A stretch of DNA of 60,000 nucleotides from Camelus dromedarius (taxonomy: Eukaryota), in contig NC_087447.1 in NCBI RefSeq assembly GCF_036321535.1, positions 46,564,001 to 46,624,000 of the forward strand. Reading direction: 5' to 3'. Made by a program: the position numbers and the translations under genes. This document shows positions 11,661 through 24,027 of this stretch, in pieces; position 1 is the stretch's first letter, and the number at the start of each line of letters is the position of its first letter. Under the pieces are notes generated by a model. That model was not told where the DNA came from and did not search any database. It saw only the letters and a list, made by a program, of their open reading frames with translations.

Positions 11661-12974
11661 ACAGGTTTTTTTTTTTTTTAAATCCCACCCAGGGCACAGA
11701 GCTATTACTTCTTCCTAAATGCTAAGCATTTTCACTTAACCTGATACAGCACAGAGACCCATAATGCCAGAGGCTACGCATACAGACTTTTGCCTGCATT
11801 ACCTCCTAAAAGGGGATGGGTAGATTTGCCCTGTTTCTATTTTCTGTCTAGCTGTCTGAGCACTGAGGAAATTACCAGCAGGCAGGCTGCTGGGAGTGGG
11901 GAGGTGGGGGAAGAGCTGAGGCTCTCCCAGAACTTCAGATCTATTAATAGCCTGGTCATAGTCTACAGAGGCACAAAATTGTCTGTACACTTGGTAACAC
12001 ATGGCTCAAGACCGGCAATTTAGGACTGGGGTGTGTTCCAGACCAAAGACTGTAAACTGGGGTCCACTCTAAACAATGAAATGTGGGAGCAAACTAGGGC
12101 AACCAGAAGTAAGGTTTTGACTCCTCACTAGATGCAGGGAAGGAAACTGCAGAATAAATCCATCACCGTCCTCACCCCTGCTAGCTTTATGTTACAGTAG
12201 GCCTCAGATGGGGCTGAGCCTTTGCAGGATTTCAGTTTGCCCTTAGAAATATCTTCAGATACTCACTCCAGCCCTGACCAACTGCATCACCTTGGACAAG
12301 TCACTGCCCTCAGCTTGTTTCTACATCTAAAATTCAAGAAGGGAAGGCCAGATAATACTGCATCTTGATGAGCTTGCTCACAAATCTTCATCTCAAAGTC
12401 CTAGCCCTGATTTATGAGAACTCAAGTCTAAAACACTGTGTTCTAGAGATGGAGAGAGAGAAATCGCCAGTATACTGCCCTCTGCCACCAGCCCCAGCTT
12501 CTCCACCAGAAAGAGAGGCAAAGAAAATAAGGAACTGGGAACAAGCCATTCCAACCTCTCAAATCCCAGAACCTCCAGCCTCAGAAGACCATAATCTTAT
12601 GGCACCCAGGAAGGAGCTCAGTGAATATAACCAAATGACCTCACAGGACCAGAATGTGGCTGAGAACTGCCAGCTCCCATACAGTTTCTTAAAAGGCAGA
12701 CCTGGAGCAGAGGACACACACACACACACACAAAATTACACACAACTGTACATTTTTAGGGCTAAACTAAAAAATCCAGAGCACAGATAAACCAAATGAG
12801 TTTAAAAGACAAAACAGTTCCCAAGCCAGTAAAACTGTTATATAGGATTACATATGTATTAACATATCTGAAGAAAAAATGTATCCTTCATCAGGGAGTT
12901 TGCTCAGCTCCAGAAGCTGAGAAAAAGCAGAGTCGCAGACATACAACTGGGTTTATTGGCAGAATGAACCTATC

Positions 12975-13052
12975 CCTCATTCATTCCACAGAGGTTTACT
13001 GAGCACCTACTATATGCCGGGCATAATTCTAGGCCCTGGGAATACAGTGATC
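12975..13052 (-). mobile_element. L2 3' terminus
   Basis: tcattcattc...tttactgagcacctactatatgccgggc...ctaggccctgggaatacagtg. Confidence 0.8.
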
Positions 13053-13162
13053 CTAACACTCTCAAAAAGAGAAGAAGTCAATGAAGTTCAAACATTCCAT
13101 TTGCTTCTCCATGACCTTTCCATCCCTACTGTGAGGCCAATATATCTGGCTAGTGAAGTGGC

Positions 13163-13800
13163 TGTATCAGCCAGGGTCCTCAATCTCAAGAACAACGTAG
13201 TTTCTCAGTTCAGCAAATGAAACTGATTCTGGATAGCCTAAACAGAAAGAAAAAATTTATTATTTTTCTTTTTAATATATTTTTATTGAAGTATAGTCAG
13301 TTTACAATGCTGTGTCAATTTCTGGTGTACAGCACAATGCTTCAGTCATACATGAACGTACATAGATTTGTTTTCATATTCTTTTTCACTATAAGTTAAA
13401 ACAAGATACTGAATATAGTCCCCCATGCTGTACAGTATGAACTTGTTGTTTATCTATAAAAAACTTATTTAAGAGAAGTTTAGACTCACTTGGAGAAGCA
13501 GCAAATCAGGGATGGATGCCAAGAACAATGCCTAAAATCAGGTAGCAGAGCTAATGTGGTCAGGACATTGCTTCCACTGCCAACTTCCACTATCATCCAG
13601 CCACTGCAACACCGCTACCTCTACTGCTCTGGAAGCTCAACCTTGCTACATGCACCACCTCCACTACAGTCCCTGCTTCTCTGCATCACCAGCTCTTCAG
13701 AGTCAAAGTCCATCATGAGCAGATCAGACCAAAAGAAACTATGGCAAGCTGCAAAAGAGGCTGAAAGCAAATGTGTGGTATTTTAAGTGAAGAGATTCTT
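13163..13800 (-). mobile_element. Old MaLR (MLT1-type) LTR, interrupted by a young L1
   Basis: tgtatcagccaggg...aaactgattctggatagcctaaacagaaagaaaaaatttatt resembles an MLT1 end; right boundary uncertain. Confidence 0.45.
13262..13456 (-). mobile_element. 5'-truncated cetartiodactyl-type L1 3' end
   Basis: tttttattgaagtatagtcagtttacaatg...catgctgtacagtatg...tttatcta; degenerate TSD aaaaaatttatt / aaaaaacttatt. Confidence 0.85.
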
Positions 13801-14094
13801 AATTATAGGAAAGTAATAAATATTCATGTTAGCTACTTTGGCATTATACTCAAAACACTGGATTCACCTAATTAATGCACTTAATCCAGATTCCATGTTC
13901 ACTATAACCCTTATGATTAGGATTTAGTGTTCCACATTGCTACCCAAAGACAGAAATGCACTGGTCATACCAACACAGGCATTCTTGAAGTTTTATATAT
14001 CAGTCTCATGAACTTAGTTAAGAGAGTTTGCTTGAAGAGATAAATATTCTCAGTATACTGACAAAATTTGAACCTTCAAAAAATGATACACTAA

Positions 14095-14310
14095 CAAACA
14101 TTCATTAAACACTTCGTATATGGCAGATACTATTCTAAGCACTTTACATGTGTTAACTAATTTTTCATAACAACCTTCTAAGTTGAATACTGTTCTCCCC
14201 ATTTAACCTTAGAGGAAACTGAGACACAGAGAAGTTAAAGTAAACTTGCCTAAAAATACACAACTAATAAAATGAGGAGTCACAGAATTTGAACCCAGAT
14301 AGCGAGACTC
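14095..14310 (-). mobile_element. MIR SINE
   Basis: tattctaagcactttacatgtgttaact...agaggaaactgagacacagagaagttaaagtaaacttgcc...gaatttgaacccag. Confidence 0.9.
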
Positions 14311-14637
14311 CATATTATGTCAACTCCACAAAGTAAATCCACACCTACTGAAGGCTGCCATGTTTCTGGTGGGTTGCAGAACGGCAGGAAGACACAGTCC
14401 TACATCTTCCATTCTAAGGTTCCATCCTTGATTTAGTTAGGTACAGCTACAAAATCTAATTGGAAGAAGGATGGCTGTCCATATGAAGCATCTAGGTGAG
14501 GCTTTGTCTGGCTTCCAGATTCTCTATCCATAGCTGCTGATAACATGAATCTTTGCTGGACTTCGAGCTCAATTCTTATTATGCTATGACTTTTTATTTA
14601 TATTCAGAAAAAATTTACACAAGCAATATATATTAAG

Positions 14638-15290
14638 AGAGTCATCTCCAAAGAGGGATGCACAAGACTTTCTAATGAAAGTACAGAAAGAAAAGTTAAG
14701 CCTCTTATTTTATCCTGCTTTTAATCTTAAAATATAAGAATTATGCTTTACCAATATTAAGTGTACAGACTAACAATGATGACCTCTCTGAGTCTGTCTA
14801 TAAGATGTTTCCATATCATTTGCCACATACAAGGTGTCCTGAGAAAAGAGTGGGAGTTCCACAGTATTTAAGGGAAAACAGCAGTGTCTGCAGTCACACA
14901 TTCTCTTGCAGGATTCTATGACATTCACAGGTTCAAAAACAGGAAAACATATTTTACTACCTGTCTGACTAAATAAATTTATGAATTATGGTTCATATTT
15001 TTTCCCAACTAAACTAACCCTCACCACACAGATAAACAATTTTAAAGGATTCTTGCAAATAAGTAAACAAATATTAAAACCTATCCCCATGGACTGAAAA
15101 TTATGTTAAAATTACATGTAAAAATGAATAATAAGAAAGTGACAGAGCTAACCTTTCTATTCCTAATATAAGCTCTCTTTCAGGTACATTACAGGTTAAA
15201 AACAACCTAATCAGTTCAAATAAGTTGGCCAAAATTTTTTCAAAATTATCAAAAAACTAATTGAAGATGGATTTACATTTATTATTAATA
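14638..15290. mobile_element. Degenerate hAT-Charlie-like DNA transposon fragment
   Basis: gatgcacaagac...agaaagaaaagttaag...aagaattatgctttaccaatattaag resembles recalled Charlie consensus text; boundaries uncertain. Confidence 0.45.
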
Positions 15291-15299
15291 ATGAACTGC

Positions 15300-16350
15300 A
15301 ATTAGAAAGCTACTAGAACTCATCAATGAATTTGGTAAAGTTGCAGGATATAAAATTAATATTCAGAAATCAGTTGCATTTCCATACACTAGCAATGGAA
15401 TAGCAGGAAAAGAAATTAAGGAAACAGTATCATTTACCATCGCACCAAAAAGAATAAAATACCTAAGAATAAACCTACCCAAGGAGGCAAAAGACCTGTA
15501 CTCTAAAATTCTGAAGTTCATATAACAATATAAAGGACCAAGAACAGCCAGGGCATTCCTGAACAACAAGCTGATAGACCTATACTACCAAATATCAAAA
15601 CCTATTGTAATGATAATTAAGACAGTGTGGTATCAACGTAAGGACACAAAAATGGCCAATAGAATAAGAATAAAGTGCGGAAACAGACCCACACGTAACA
15701 GTCATCTGACTTAAAAAGGTGTCAGCACAGTACAGAAGAGAAAGAATGACGTTTTCAATAAATAGTGTCAGAGCAACTGGATATCCATATAGGGGGAAAA
15801 TATACCTTGACTCACTACCTCTCACCATACAGACAAAAATTAATTTTACATGGATTAGACCTAATGTAAAAGGTAAAATAATAAAGCTTTTAAATGAGAA
15901 ATTAGGAGAATATGCTCATGATCTTGGAGCAGGCAAAGTTTTCTTGAATAGGACACCCAAAGGGCTAAACATGAAGGAAAATTTTGATAAACTGAGAAAA
16001 CATATAAGACAAAGGACTTGTATCCAGAATAGATGAAGAACTCCTACAAACTAATTAGAAAATGGCAAGCAATCCAATAGAAAAATGGGGGCAAAAAAAC
16101 TTGAACAAACACTTCACAAAATAATAAATCCAGACTGTGTGTGTATGTGTGGATAGATAGATAGATAGATGGATAGACATATTAATGAAAAGATGCTCTA
16201 TTTCATTAGTCACTGGGGAAACACAAATTATAAACTACAATGTGATAACACTATATACCAACCAGAATGGCTAAAATGACAAAAATAAGGAAATACTAGA
16301 TGTTGAAAAGGACGTAAAACAACCGGAACTCTCATACATAGCTTATGGTA
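15300..16350 (+). mobile_element. L1 ORF2 3' region, degenerate with internal deletions
   Basis: aagctactagaactcatcaatgaatttggtaaagttgcaggatataaaattaat (KLLELINEFGKVAGYKIN); later ttttcaataaatagtg, ctcatgatcttggagcaggcaaag, accagaatggctaaaat. Confidence 0.92.
16136..16178. repeat. (TG)n/(GATA)n compound microsatellite inside L1
   Basis: tgtgtgtgtatgtgtggatagatagatagatagatggatagac. Confidence 0.9.
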
Positions 16351-16353
16351 CTG

Positions 16354-16872
16354 TGTATTAGTATCTCTTCGTGTATAATAAATAACCCAAAACTAAGTTG
16401 CTTAAAATAAACTTATTATCTCACAGTTTCTGAGGGTCAGAGATCAGACAGTGGCTTAACTGGGTGGTTCTGGCTCAGATCTCTCCTCAGGGTTCATAAA
16501 GGCCCTGAAGACTCGACTGGGGCTAGAGGATCTGCTTCTGAGATGGTTCACTAACACTCCTAGCAAGTCAGTGCTCAGTGTTGTCAGGAAGCCTCAGTTC
16601 TTCTCCATGTGGGCTTTTCCATAGCCTGCTTGAGTGTCCTCACAATATATAGGTGGGCTTCCACCAGAATGAGTGATCTAACAGACAGTGAGACAACAGT
16701 AGTACCTTTTATGACCCAATCTCTGAAGTCATACACCATCACTTCCACTTTATTCTATTTGTTAGAATCGAGTTACTAGGGTTTAGCTTAGTCAGGGGGA
16801 GGAGAATTAGGTTCAACCACTTGATGGGAAGAATATCAAACAATTTGTGGACATATTTTAATACCAAATACA
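16354..16872 (-). mobile_element. MaLR solo LTR (MLT1F/G/H-like)
   Basis: tgtattag...ttattatctcacagtttctgagggtcag...gcctcagttcttctccatgtggg...gaagtcatacaccatcacttccac; same family as 58823-59335 in the opposite orientation. Confidence 0.85.
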
Positions 16873-16911
16873 TTCACTTTGGCAAAGAATGTGGCAGTAC
16901 CCAGTATGGAA

Positions 16912-17575
16912 CACACTTCACGTGCTAACCTCCTCTTGCTCATGCTGTCTGATGAGCATGATGTTGCCAATGTAATAGATCACAGTGATATATTATGAGG
17001 TGGCCAGATAGTCCAGGTCTCTTCTGATTATATTATGACAAAGAAAAGAAGAGTAGAAGTGTTTATAGCCTTGGGCAAAACTATGAAGATATAATGATAT
17101 CTATTCCACATGAATGTGAACTGTTTTTGGTCTTTTTTTTTTATAAGATAGAAAAGAATTCACCAGTCAATGCCCACATACCATATTAATCTGCTCTAGC
17201 AAAGATAACCATACCCATCACAGCAGTCATAAATGATACTACTAAATTAAACTTGCTGAAATCTACGTTCTACAGAATCCATCCAGTTTTGCAGGGAAGG
17301 CAGACTAGGGAATTAAATGTAGACATAATGGGAATCACCACTCCTGGATTTTTTAGATACTTAAGGGCAGCACTAATCTCTACCACCCTTCACAGAATGT
17401 GATATTGGTTTTGATTCACTATCTTGGCCAGGGGAACAGGCAGCAATTTCAAAATCTTCCACTTGGCCTTCTCCACTATGATAGCTCTTATTGGACAGGT
17501 CAAGGATCTGATGAGGGTGCTATTCCAAAAGCTGAGTATGTCCATCCCAATTATACATTTAAGGATAGGTCTGTG
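16912..17575 (-). mobile_element. ERVL (class III ERV) protease/RT fragment, inactivated
   Basis: Minus strand reads CIIGMDILS (17531-17557), KAKWK (17456-17470), a frameshifted LPQGY (about 17065-17078) and YYIGNIMLI (16951-16977; degenerate HYIDDIMLI), in ERVL order. Confidence 0.85.
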
Positions 17576-17629
17576 GGATGATTCTACTTCTAAAAAGAAT
17601 CATAAAAAAGTAATTAGATAAATATATAT

Positions 17630-18143
17630 TAATATTATACTTAGCGAAAGAAGCCAGACATGATTCCATTTATATAAAATGTCTAGAATAGGCAAATCCA
17701 TAGAGATAGAAAGTAGATTAGTGGTTACCAGGGACCAGGGAATAGGGAGTAACTGCTTAATGGGTAATAGGATTTCTTCTGGGAATGATGAAAATGTTGA
17801 TGATGAGATAGTGGAGATGGTTGTATGAAATTGTTAAAAACCACTGAATTGTACACTTTAAAATGGCAAGTTTTTGCAGATACTGACTGGTATATATAAA
17901 ATAGATAAACAGGTTTATACTGTATATCACAGGGAAATATATTCAATATCTTGTAATAGCTTACAGTGAAAAAGAATATGAAAATGAATATATGCATATC
18001 CATGTATGACTGAAGCATTGTGCTATACACCAGAAATTGACACATTGTAAAGTGACTATACTTCAATAAAAAAAAGTTCAAAAAATAATAAATTTTTTTT
18101 TAAATGGCAAATTTTATCTTATGTGAATTTCATCTCAAAAAAA
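17630..18143 (+). mobile_element. L1MB-type 3' UTR, interrupted by a young L1
   Basis: gaaagaagccagac...ataggcaaatccatagagatagaaagtagattagtggttaccaggg...ccactgaattgtacactttaaaatgg, resuming at about 18102. Confidence 0.85.
17875..18101 (+). mobile_element. 5'-truncated cetartiodactyl-type L1 3' end with TSD
   Basis: aaatagataaac...cacagggaaatatattcaatatcttg...gactatacttcaataaaaaaa; TSD aaatggcaagtttt (17861-17874) / aaatggcaaatttt (18102-18115). Confidence 0.88.
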
Positions 18144-18789
18144 GTCTAACAGTTATTGGCTGCCTGATGATCTGGTTGACATATAAGGGCCGCTTTCACC
18201 CTCATTCAATTCACAATACAGAATCCAGTCCTCGGTGCTATACATTCTAGAATACTGAGCCCTTGCAAAATGCTTAGAATACAAATGTATTTCATTACTC
18301 ACATTAACCAATACAGTGCAAAGCCACTTCTTCCTGTTCTCTAGGAGTCCCTATTTAAATTTGAAAGGCTCATGGCTTCTTTTTTTAAAAAGGCACAATT
18401 TGCTGTCTGGACTAAGCAAGCTCCTTGGCATCTTCAACCCCAGGCAATAATTGGCTCTGCTACTTACCTCACTCTCTCAGATTTGAAGGAAAATACAATC
18501 TCTTCCACATAAGGCCAGAAAGATAGGAAGAAAGGATTCAGGGACTATCACACCTCAAATATTTATTGGATAAACTGTCTAGCAGTTTTCAAATTAAACT
18601 CTGCAGACCCCTCCTCCCACCCAGGTTCTTTGGTAATGTTTACTTCAAGCAGAGCAGCTCTACTCTGTGTTTTAAATAGTGAAAACACACTTAAAAAAAA
18701 TTTAAATGGCTCAATTTTGTAGCAGACATCTATGAATTTTGCTGATTTGACTATCTCCCCACCTCCCAAAGCCTCTTTAAGTACATGCA

Positions 18790-19287
18790 CCATGATCTTC
18801 CCTTAGAGAAGCACCCCTTCTCTGCTCTTAGTCCAACAATGGTTCCAGCGGAGCTGACCCTGATCCCTGAGTTCCATGAGTAGAATGCAACCCTGCTGGT
18901 CAATCAAAGTCCAGCATTCTTCTGGCCAAAGTGATTACTCTAGGGTGGGCACATGGCCCAAGCCAAAATCATTCCCAGGACTGCCAGCATCATCAGGAAA
19001 GAAGTATTATCCTTCCAATAGTGGTTGCTTAGTTGGTATATTACACACCCAAAACTGATAACTATCTTTGCCACTACATGGGTGGAGCCTGCCTAACACC
19101 AAAACAAAGAAAAGCAGAGCTGAGAGGAGAGAGATTAGGTCCAAATGACATCATTCAAGTCTCTGGATCTTGCTGCATCTAAAGGTAAATCTACTTCTAG
19201 ACTTTTTAGTTTCTTCAGTCATAGGTCCCTCTCATAAGTCAGTCTGACCTATATTTCTGTCACTTGCAAAAGAGTCACAACAAATAT
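18790..19287 (+). mobile_element. ERVL-class solo LTR (LTR16-like)
   Basis: ggagctgaccc...ctggccaaagtgattactctagggtgggcacatggcccaagcc...gcagagctgagagg...ctggatcttgctgcatct...tctgtcacttgcaa. Confidence 0.7.
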
Positions 19288-19379
19288 AAAATTATTTGGA
19301 AAAAAATTGAAAAAATCCATCTGGTCAATAAACCTCAAGACTTTACTGTAAATCACAGTCAGGGAGAGAATCTAAATTT

Positions 19380-19412
19380 AAAAAAACAAAACAAACAAAC
19401 AAACAAAAAAAA
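19380..19412. repeat. A-rich (CAAA)n simple repeat
   Basis: aaaaaacaaaacaaacaaacaaacaaaaaaa. Confidence 0.85.
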
Positions 19413-20104
19413 CTCCCAGAAGACTTAGTCTTCTCCTTGACTCCACATTACATTCCTAAAAGTGTACAGTGTCTTTCAGTTTCCAGTGATAATCTTACCT
19501 GATCTCCAAAAACAAAACAACCCTGTGAAGTCAGCATTCACACTGTATATTTGAAGACATTGAGGCTCAGAGAGAAGTGACTAACCTGAAGTCATCCAAT
19601 CTGAAATTAGGGCTTCTGTCTCCAAATTACATCTTTTTACTACTCATTACTGCTTTGCACAGTTCTCAGCAAGTCAATACACAAGTCTGGGAACCTGACT
19701 CGGCTCAGTACAGACTTGCTACCTGATAGCATTGTTCCCCTGACCCCAGGCAGCTTTACCATGTTTCAGTCATGACTTGCCTTGTTCCTTTTCCACACAG
19801 CCTAGGATAGAGATAAGTTCCAGCATCCCACTGCCCAAACATAAGGATATGTCACTCAACTGACTGGCAACCGTGAAAGTCAGTAGCCTTACTCAAAGCA
19901 GCTCTAGAACTATCAAATGCACCTCAGTAGATAGGCTCTGAGGAGGAAGAAATGTCTTCTAAGATGCACCTATGGTGAAAAGCTGCACTTCAGCCAACAG
20001 CTTCTAATACGACTTCTGTAACTATTGGGTCTGAAGATCCAAAAATCATTACTGACTAGGGAAACCCCAAAAGCATACATTCAAGGGTTTAAAAGTACAC
20101 TAAG

Positions 20105-21150
20105 CTCATACAATGTACAAAAATTAACTCAAATGGATCAACAACCCAAGAGCTAAAACCATAAAACTCTTAGAAGAAAACACAGGGATAATCTTCATTA
20201 CCTTGGTTTTGGCAATGGATTCCTATATATGACACCAAAAGTATGCTCAACAAAAGAAAAAACACACAAATGAGAGTCCATAAAAATCAAAAACTACTGT
20301 GCACCAAAGGACATTATCAAGAAAGTGAAAAATCAATCTACAGAATGGGAAGGAATATCTGCAAATCATGTATCTGATAAGGGTCTATTATCCAGAATAT
20401 ATAAAGAATTCTATTTTTCAACAACAAAAAGACAAATTATCTAATTTTAAATGTTTGAATGGGATAAACAAATTGTGGTATTTTCCAGCCATAAAAAGGA
20501 ACAAAGTTTTCTGACATATACTACAACAGAGATGAACCTTATGAACATTATGCTAAGTGAAATAAGCCAGACACAAAAGGATTCCACTTATATGAAATAC
20601 CTAGAATAGGCAAATTCATGGGGACAGAAAGTAGATTCTAGTTTAACAGGGTCTAGGAGGAGGGGGAAATGGGGAGTTATTGCTCAATGGGTACAGAGTT
20701 TCTGTCTGGGATGATGAAAAAGTTTCGGAAACAGATAGCGGTGATGGTTGTTGCAGAACAGTGTGAATGTAATTGTTGCCACAGAATTATACACTTACAA
20801 ATGGTTAAAATGGCTAACTATATTTTACAACAATTTTTAAAAACTTAAAAAAAAAAAGAACAACCTAACTGACACATACTACAAAATATTATGCTAAATT
20901 AAGGAAGCCAGACACAAAAAGCCACATACTGTATGACTCCATTTATATAATATATGCAGAATAGGTAATTCCATAAAGACAGAACACATGTTGATGGCTG
21001 CCAGGGGAGGGCAAAATTAGGAGAAATTGCGTAGTAGGTAAGGTGTTTCACTCTGGAGTTGTGGAAGTGTTTTGGAACTAGATGGAGGTAGTGGTTGTAC
21101 AACATTGTGAATGTATAAATGCCACTGAATTGTTCAATTTAAAATGGTTA
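20105..21150 (+). mobile_element. Old L1 (L1MA/MB-type) ORF2 end and two 3' UTR segments
   Basis: aaaattaactcaaatggatca...ctataaaactcttagaagaaaac...gcaaatcatgtatctgataaggg; two successive aagccagacacaaaa...3' UTR blocks; the last resumes at about 22321. Confidence 0.88.
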
Positions 21151-22239
21151 GGCTTAAAGACTTAAATATAAGACAAGACACAATAAATTGCCTAGAAGAA
21201 AACATAGGCAGAACATTCTCTGACATAAATCTTAGCAATGTTCTCCTAGGCCAGTCTACCCAGGCAATAGAAATAAGAGCAAAAATAAACAAATGAGACT
21301 TAATTACACTTATAAGCTTTTGCCCAGTAAAGGAAACCATAAGCAAAACAAAATGACAACCTATGCAATAGAAGAAAATATTTGTGAATGATGCAACTGA
21401 CAAAGGCTTAATTTTCAGAATATATAAACAGCTCATACAACTTAATAACAAAAAACAAATAACCCCAATCCAAAAAATGGGCAGAGGACCTAAACAAGCA
21501 ATTCTCCAATGAAGACATACAAATGGCCAATAGGCACATGAAAAATGCTCAAGATCACTAATTATCAGAGAAATGCAAATCAAAACTACAATGAGGTATC
21601 ACCTCACACCAGTCAGAATGGCCATCATTCAAAAGTCCATGAATGATAAATGCTGGAGAGGGTGTGGAGAAAGGGAACCCTCCTACACTGCTGGTGGGAA
21701 TGTAGTTTGGTGCAGCCATTCTAGAAAACAGTATGGAGATTCCTCAAAAAACTGAAAACAGACCTACCATATGATCTAGCAATCCCACTTCTGGGTATAT
21801 ATCTGAAGGACCTAGAGATCATCATTCTAAGTGAAGTAAGCCAGAAAGAGAAAGAAAAATGCCATATGATATCACTCATATGTAGAATCTTAAAAAAAAA
21901 GAAAGAAAAAAGAAAGAAAGAAAGAAAAGAAAAGGACACTATGAACTCATCTATAAAACAGAAACAGATTTGCAGACAAAGTAAACAATCTTAAGGTTAC
22001 CAGGGAAAGGGGGTGGGAAGGGATAAATTTGGGAGTTTGAGATTTACAGATAGCCACTATATACAAAAATAGATTTAAAAAAAGTTGCTGCTGTATAGCA
22101 CAGGAAACTATGTGTAATATCTTATAATAACTTTTAATGAAAAAGAATATGAAAACAAACATACATATCTATACGCATGACTGGGGCATTGTGATGCACG
22201 CCAGAAATTGATACATTGTAACTGACTGTACTTCAATTA

Positions 22240-22294
<55 letters not shown>

Positions 22295-22295
22295 A
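21151..22295 (+). mobile_element. 5'-truncated cetartiodactyl/camelid L1 (ORF2 C-terminus plus 3' UTR)
   Basis: [30 protein letters not shown] (ORF 21573-21755); highly similar to 39309-40870; (TAAA)n tail; probable TSD aaaatggtta (21141-21150) / aaaaaggtta (22311-22320). Confidence 0.95.
22240..22295. repeat. (TAAA)14 microsatellite derived from the L1 tail
   Basis: Perfect TAAA array directly visible. Confidence 0.95.
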
Positions 22296-22516
22296 TTTTA
22301 TTGCCCAAGAAAAAAGGTTAATTTTACATTATGTGATTTTCACCTCAATAAAAGTTTTAAAAGTACAGGAGAGAATTCAAGGAATCATCCAGGAAGCAGG
22401 AATTGGGGCTAAGAGGCAAAGCAAGAAATGGTCAGGAACCCAGTGAATAGTCTGACTAAGAAATTCTAGGACAGCAGCAAGAAGCCACTTAACGCTGCAG
22501 CACCCCAATGACTCCC

Positions 22517-22965
22517 TGCGTTAGTGAGGGTACAGGTAAAGCTGCTGAAACTAAGATATCTCCACCTATAGGAGATTAAACCAAAGAGAACTTTCTTTCT
22601 CTCTCATATGATAGTTTAGCAGTGAGCAGTCTGGGGCTGAGAGTGGAACTTTGCCATCCTCACTCAACATAACACTTCCATGTCTGGGACCAAAAAGAGT
22701 GCTGTACTCTCACCATCTCCCAGCTAGCAGGAAGGACAAAGGGGCAAGAGAAGCACCCACCCACTCTTTTTAAGCACATGGCCCAGAAGTGGTAGATGCC
22801 CCACTTCCACTTAGACCCCACTGGTTAGAACTTAGACATGCAGCCACACTTAGTTGCAAAGTAAACTGGGCAGCTATGTGTCCTGCTAAAACTCCTATGT
22901 TCTATCATTTTAAAAAGCGATGAGAGGGTCAATGTTGGCAAAGACAATTAACAGTCACCACCATA
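22517..22965 (-). mobile_element. MaLR solo LTR (MLT1J-like)
   Basis: agctgctgaaac...ttctctctcata...ccagaagtgg...ccactggttagaacttagacatgcagccacacttagttgcaaag...cagctatgtgtcctgctaaaact. Confidence 0.8.
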
Positions 22966-23239
22966 CTCACTTCAAATATCCTTTTATTATTATTATTATT
23001 TGTCTGATTAAACAAAGAACTTATTCCTAAGCCCAGCTACCTTAGGGTTTACAGTTATTGCTCAGTGGAACCTCCTGGCTAGGGTGGAAAGAAAAGAAAA
23101 CAAATGTGAGACAGTTAAGGATTGATGCCTCCTGTTAGCCTCACTGCAGTAACCAATACCAACAGGGCCTATTATGTGATTGGGAATTTATGAATTTATG
23201 GTGTAGAAATAAATGTTTCTTTAAAAACAAAACAAACAA

Positions 23240-23740
23240 ACAAAACCAGTAAGAGCTATCTCTATGCAATATTGAGACAGGGTACAGAAAAAAACAAAGT
23301 AGGGCCCCTGTCTTTAAAAAACTCCCAACTGTGTGGCAATCACACACAAAACAACACAATGCAGTGAGATAACTAACAGAGAGACATATCAAATATAATG
23401 GAAGAATAACATTGGAATGGACTGCCTGCCTATTGGAAGGGAGAACCAAGAAGGCTTCAAAAAAGTGGTAACAACTGGAGCTGAGTACAGAAGGATGAGG
23501 AGTTTACAGATAGAAAAGGTAGGAAAATATTCAAACAGAATGTAAAGTATGAGCAAAAACATAGATGTTTGCTGAAGAGACAATATGCAGGAGCCAGATT
23601 ATGGAATGCAATGAACACCGGATTCAATCAAAAGTTTGGGTTTTATAATACGTAGGGAATGGGAAAGCAACAGAGACTTCTGAGCAGGGAAGAGCTGTGG
23701 TTAGGTTGACTTGCTAGAAAGATGACTATGGCAGCCAACA
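23240..23740 (-). mobile_element. L2 fragment
   Basis: gggcccctgtctttaaaaaactc...agaaggcttc...gggaatgggaaagcaacagagacttctgagcaggg...tagaaagatgactatggcag. Confidence 0.7.
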
Positions 23741-23914
23741 GAAGAACGGCCAAAAAGAGGGCATGCCTTGGGCTCACATCCCTGCTGCTATGTCTAGTTC
23801 CATCCTTGACTCTCCAGTACCAACAACAATAAGCCAAGCCCTTGCAGAAGAAAGGCAGTAACAGAACCCCAGGCCAAGTCCCACAAAGACTGAGGCAGGA
23901 TGAGGTTCTTAGTT

Positions 23915-24027
23915 GTGTTTGCTTTTGTTTTTAAGCTTTTTTTTTTTTAATTGAGGTGAAATATTAAACATTTTTAAATGAATAGTTCAGTAGCATTTAG
24001 TATATTCCCAAGGCTGTGCAACCACCA
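23915..24027 (-). mobile_element. Short L1MA/MB 3' end with TSD
   Basis: ttttttaattgaggtgaaat...ttcagtagcatttagtatattcccaaggctgtgcaaccacc; TSD aggttcttagtt (23903-23914) / aggttctcagtt (24028-24039). Confidence 0.8.

Noticed and set aside
12365..12790. 141-aa plus-strand ORF with a good Kozak ATG at about 12449
   Set aside because: No recognisable homology; it runs through a (CA) tract, and the T-poor strand composition makes stop codons rare.
21134..21583. 149-aa hydrophobic minus-strand ORF
   Set aside because: Antisense translation of L1 ORF2.
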